A stretch of 64,000 bases of DNA from Protoeuglena noctilucae (lineage: Eukaryota), in assembly GCA_958009085.1 (NCBI GenBank), contig OY253685.1:558001-622000 (forward strand), given 5' to 3'. Below the pieces are notes generated by a model. That model ran no database searches, was not told the origin of the DNA, and saw only the letters and a program-made list of their open reading frames with translations. Below, in pieces: positions 63,912-64,000 of this stretch; positions within the stretch are counted from its first letter, which is position 1; every line of letters starts with the position of its first letter. A program made the position numbers and the translations under genes.

Positions 63912-64000
63912 CCGGAGCCCCTCTCCAGGCGCTGCGCGAACACGCCGCGGCGCGGTCTGCCTGGGCTCGGGCTTCGCTCTGCTGCTGGGGTCCACTGCCT

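Overview
GC-rich, intron-dense eukaryotic nuclear DNA, most likely a green alga (inferred from the bacterial-type PEPC, an OPR/RAP-type protein and the intron style). Manual splicing gives 11 protein-coding genes: a USP53/54-like ubiquitin hydrolase (3' end outside the window), a CRAL-TRIO protein, a secreted Ser/Thr/Pro repeat protein, XRCC2, a coiled-coil protein with repeated CTFxP motifs, an F-box/LRR protein, a helical-repeat RAP protein with two C-terminal SAP-like domains, a membrane-anchored S28 Pro-X carboxypeptidase, a leishmanolysin (M8) peptidase, bacterial-type PEPC (spanning a 200-N gap) and a CHD chromatin remodeller. No rRNA, tRNA, CRISPR array or intact transposon was recognised. 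The most unusual signals lie in the introns. (i) At least 17 introns in five genes carry a degenerate copy ('echo') of the neighbouring exon edge or splice site, mostly 80-120 bp away. (ii) About one intron in five uses a GC donor. (iii) Many gene-body introns have G-rich 5' and C-rich 3' halves and look CpG-depleted. Exon boundaries, starts and counts were worked out by eye and are approximate.
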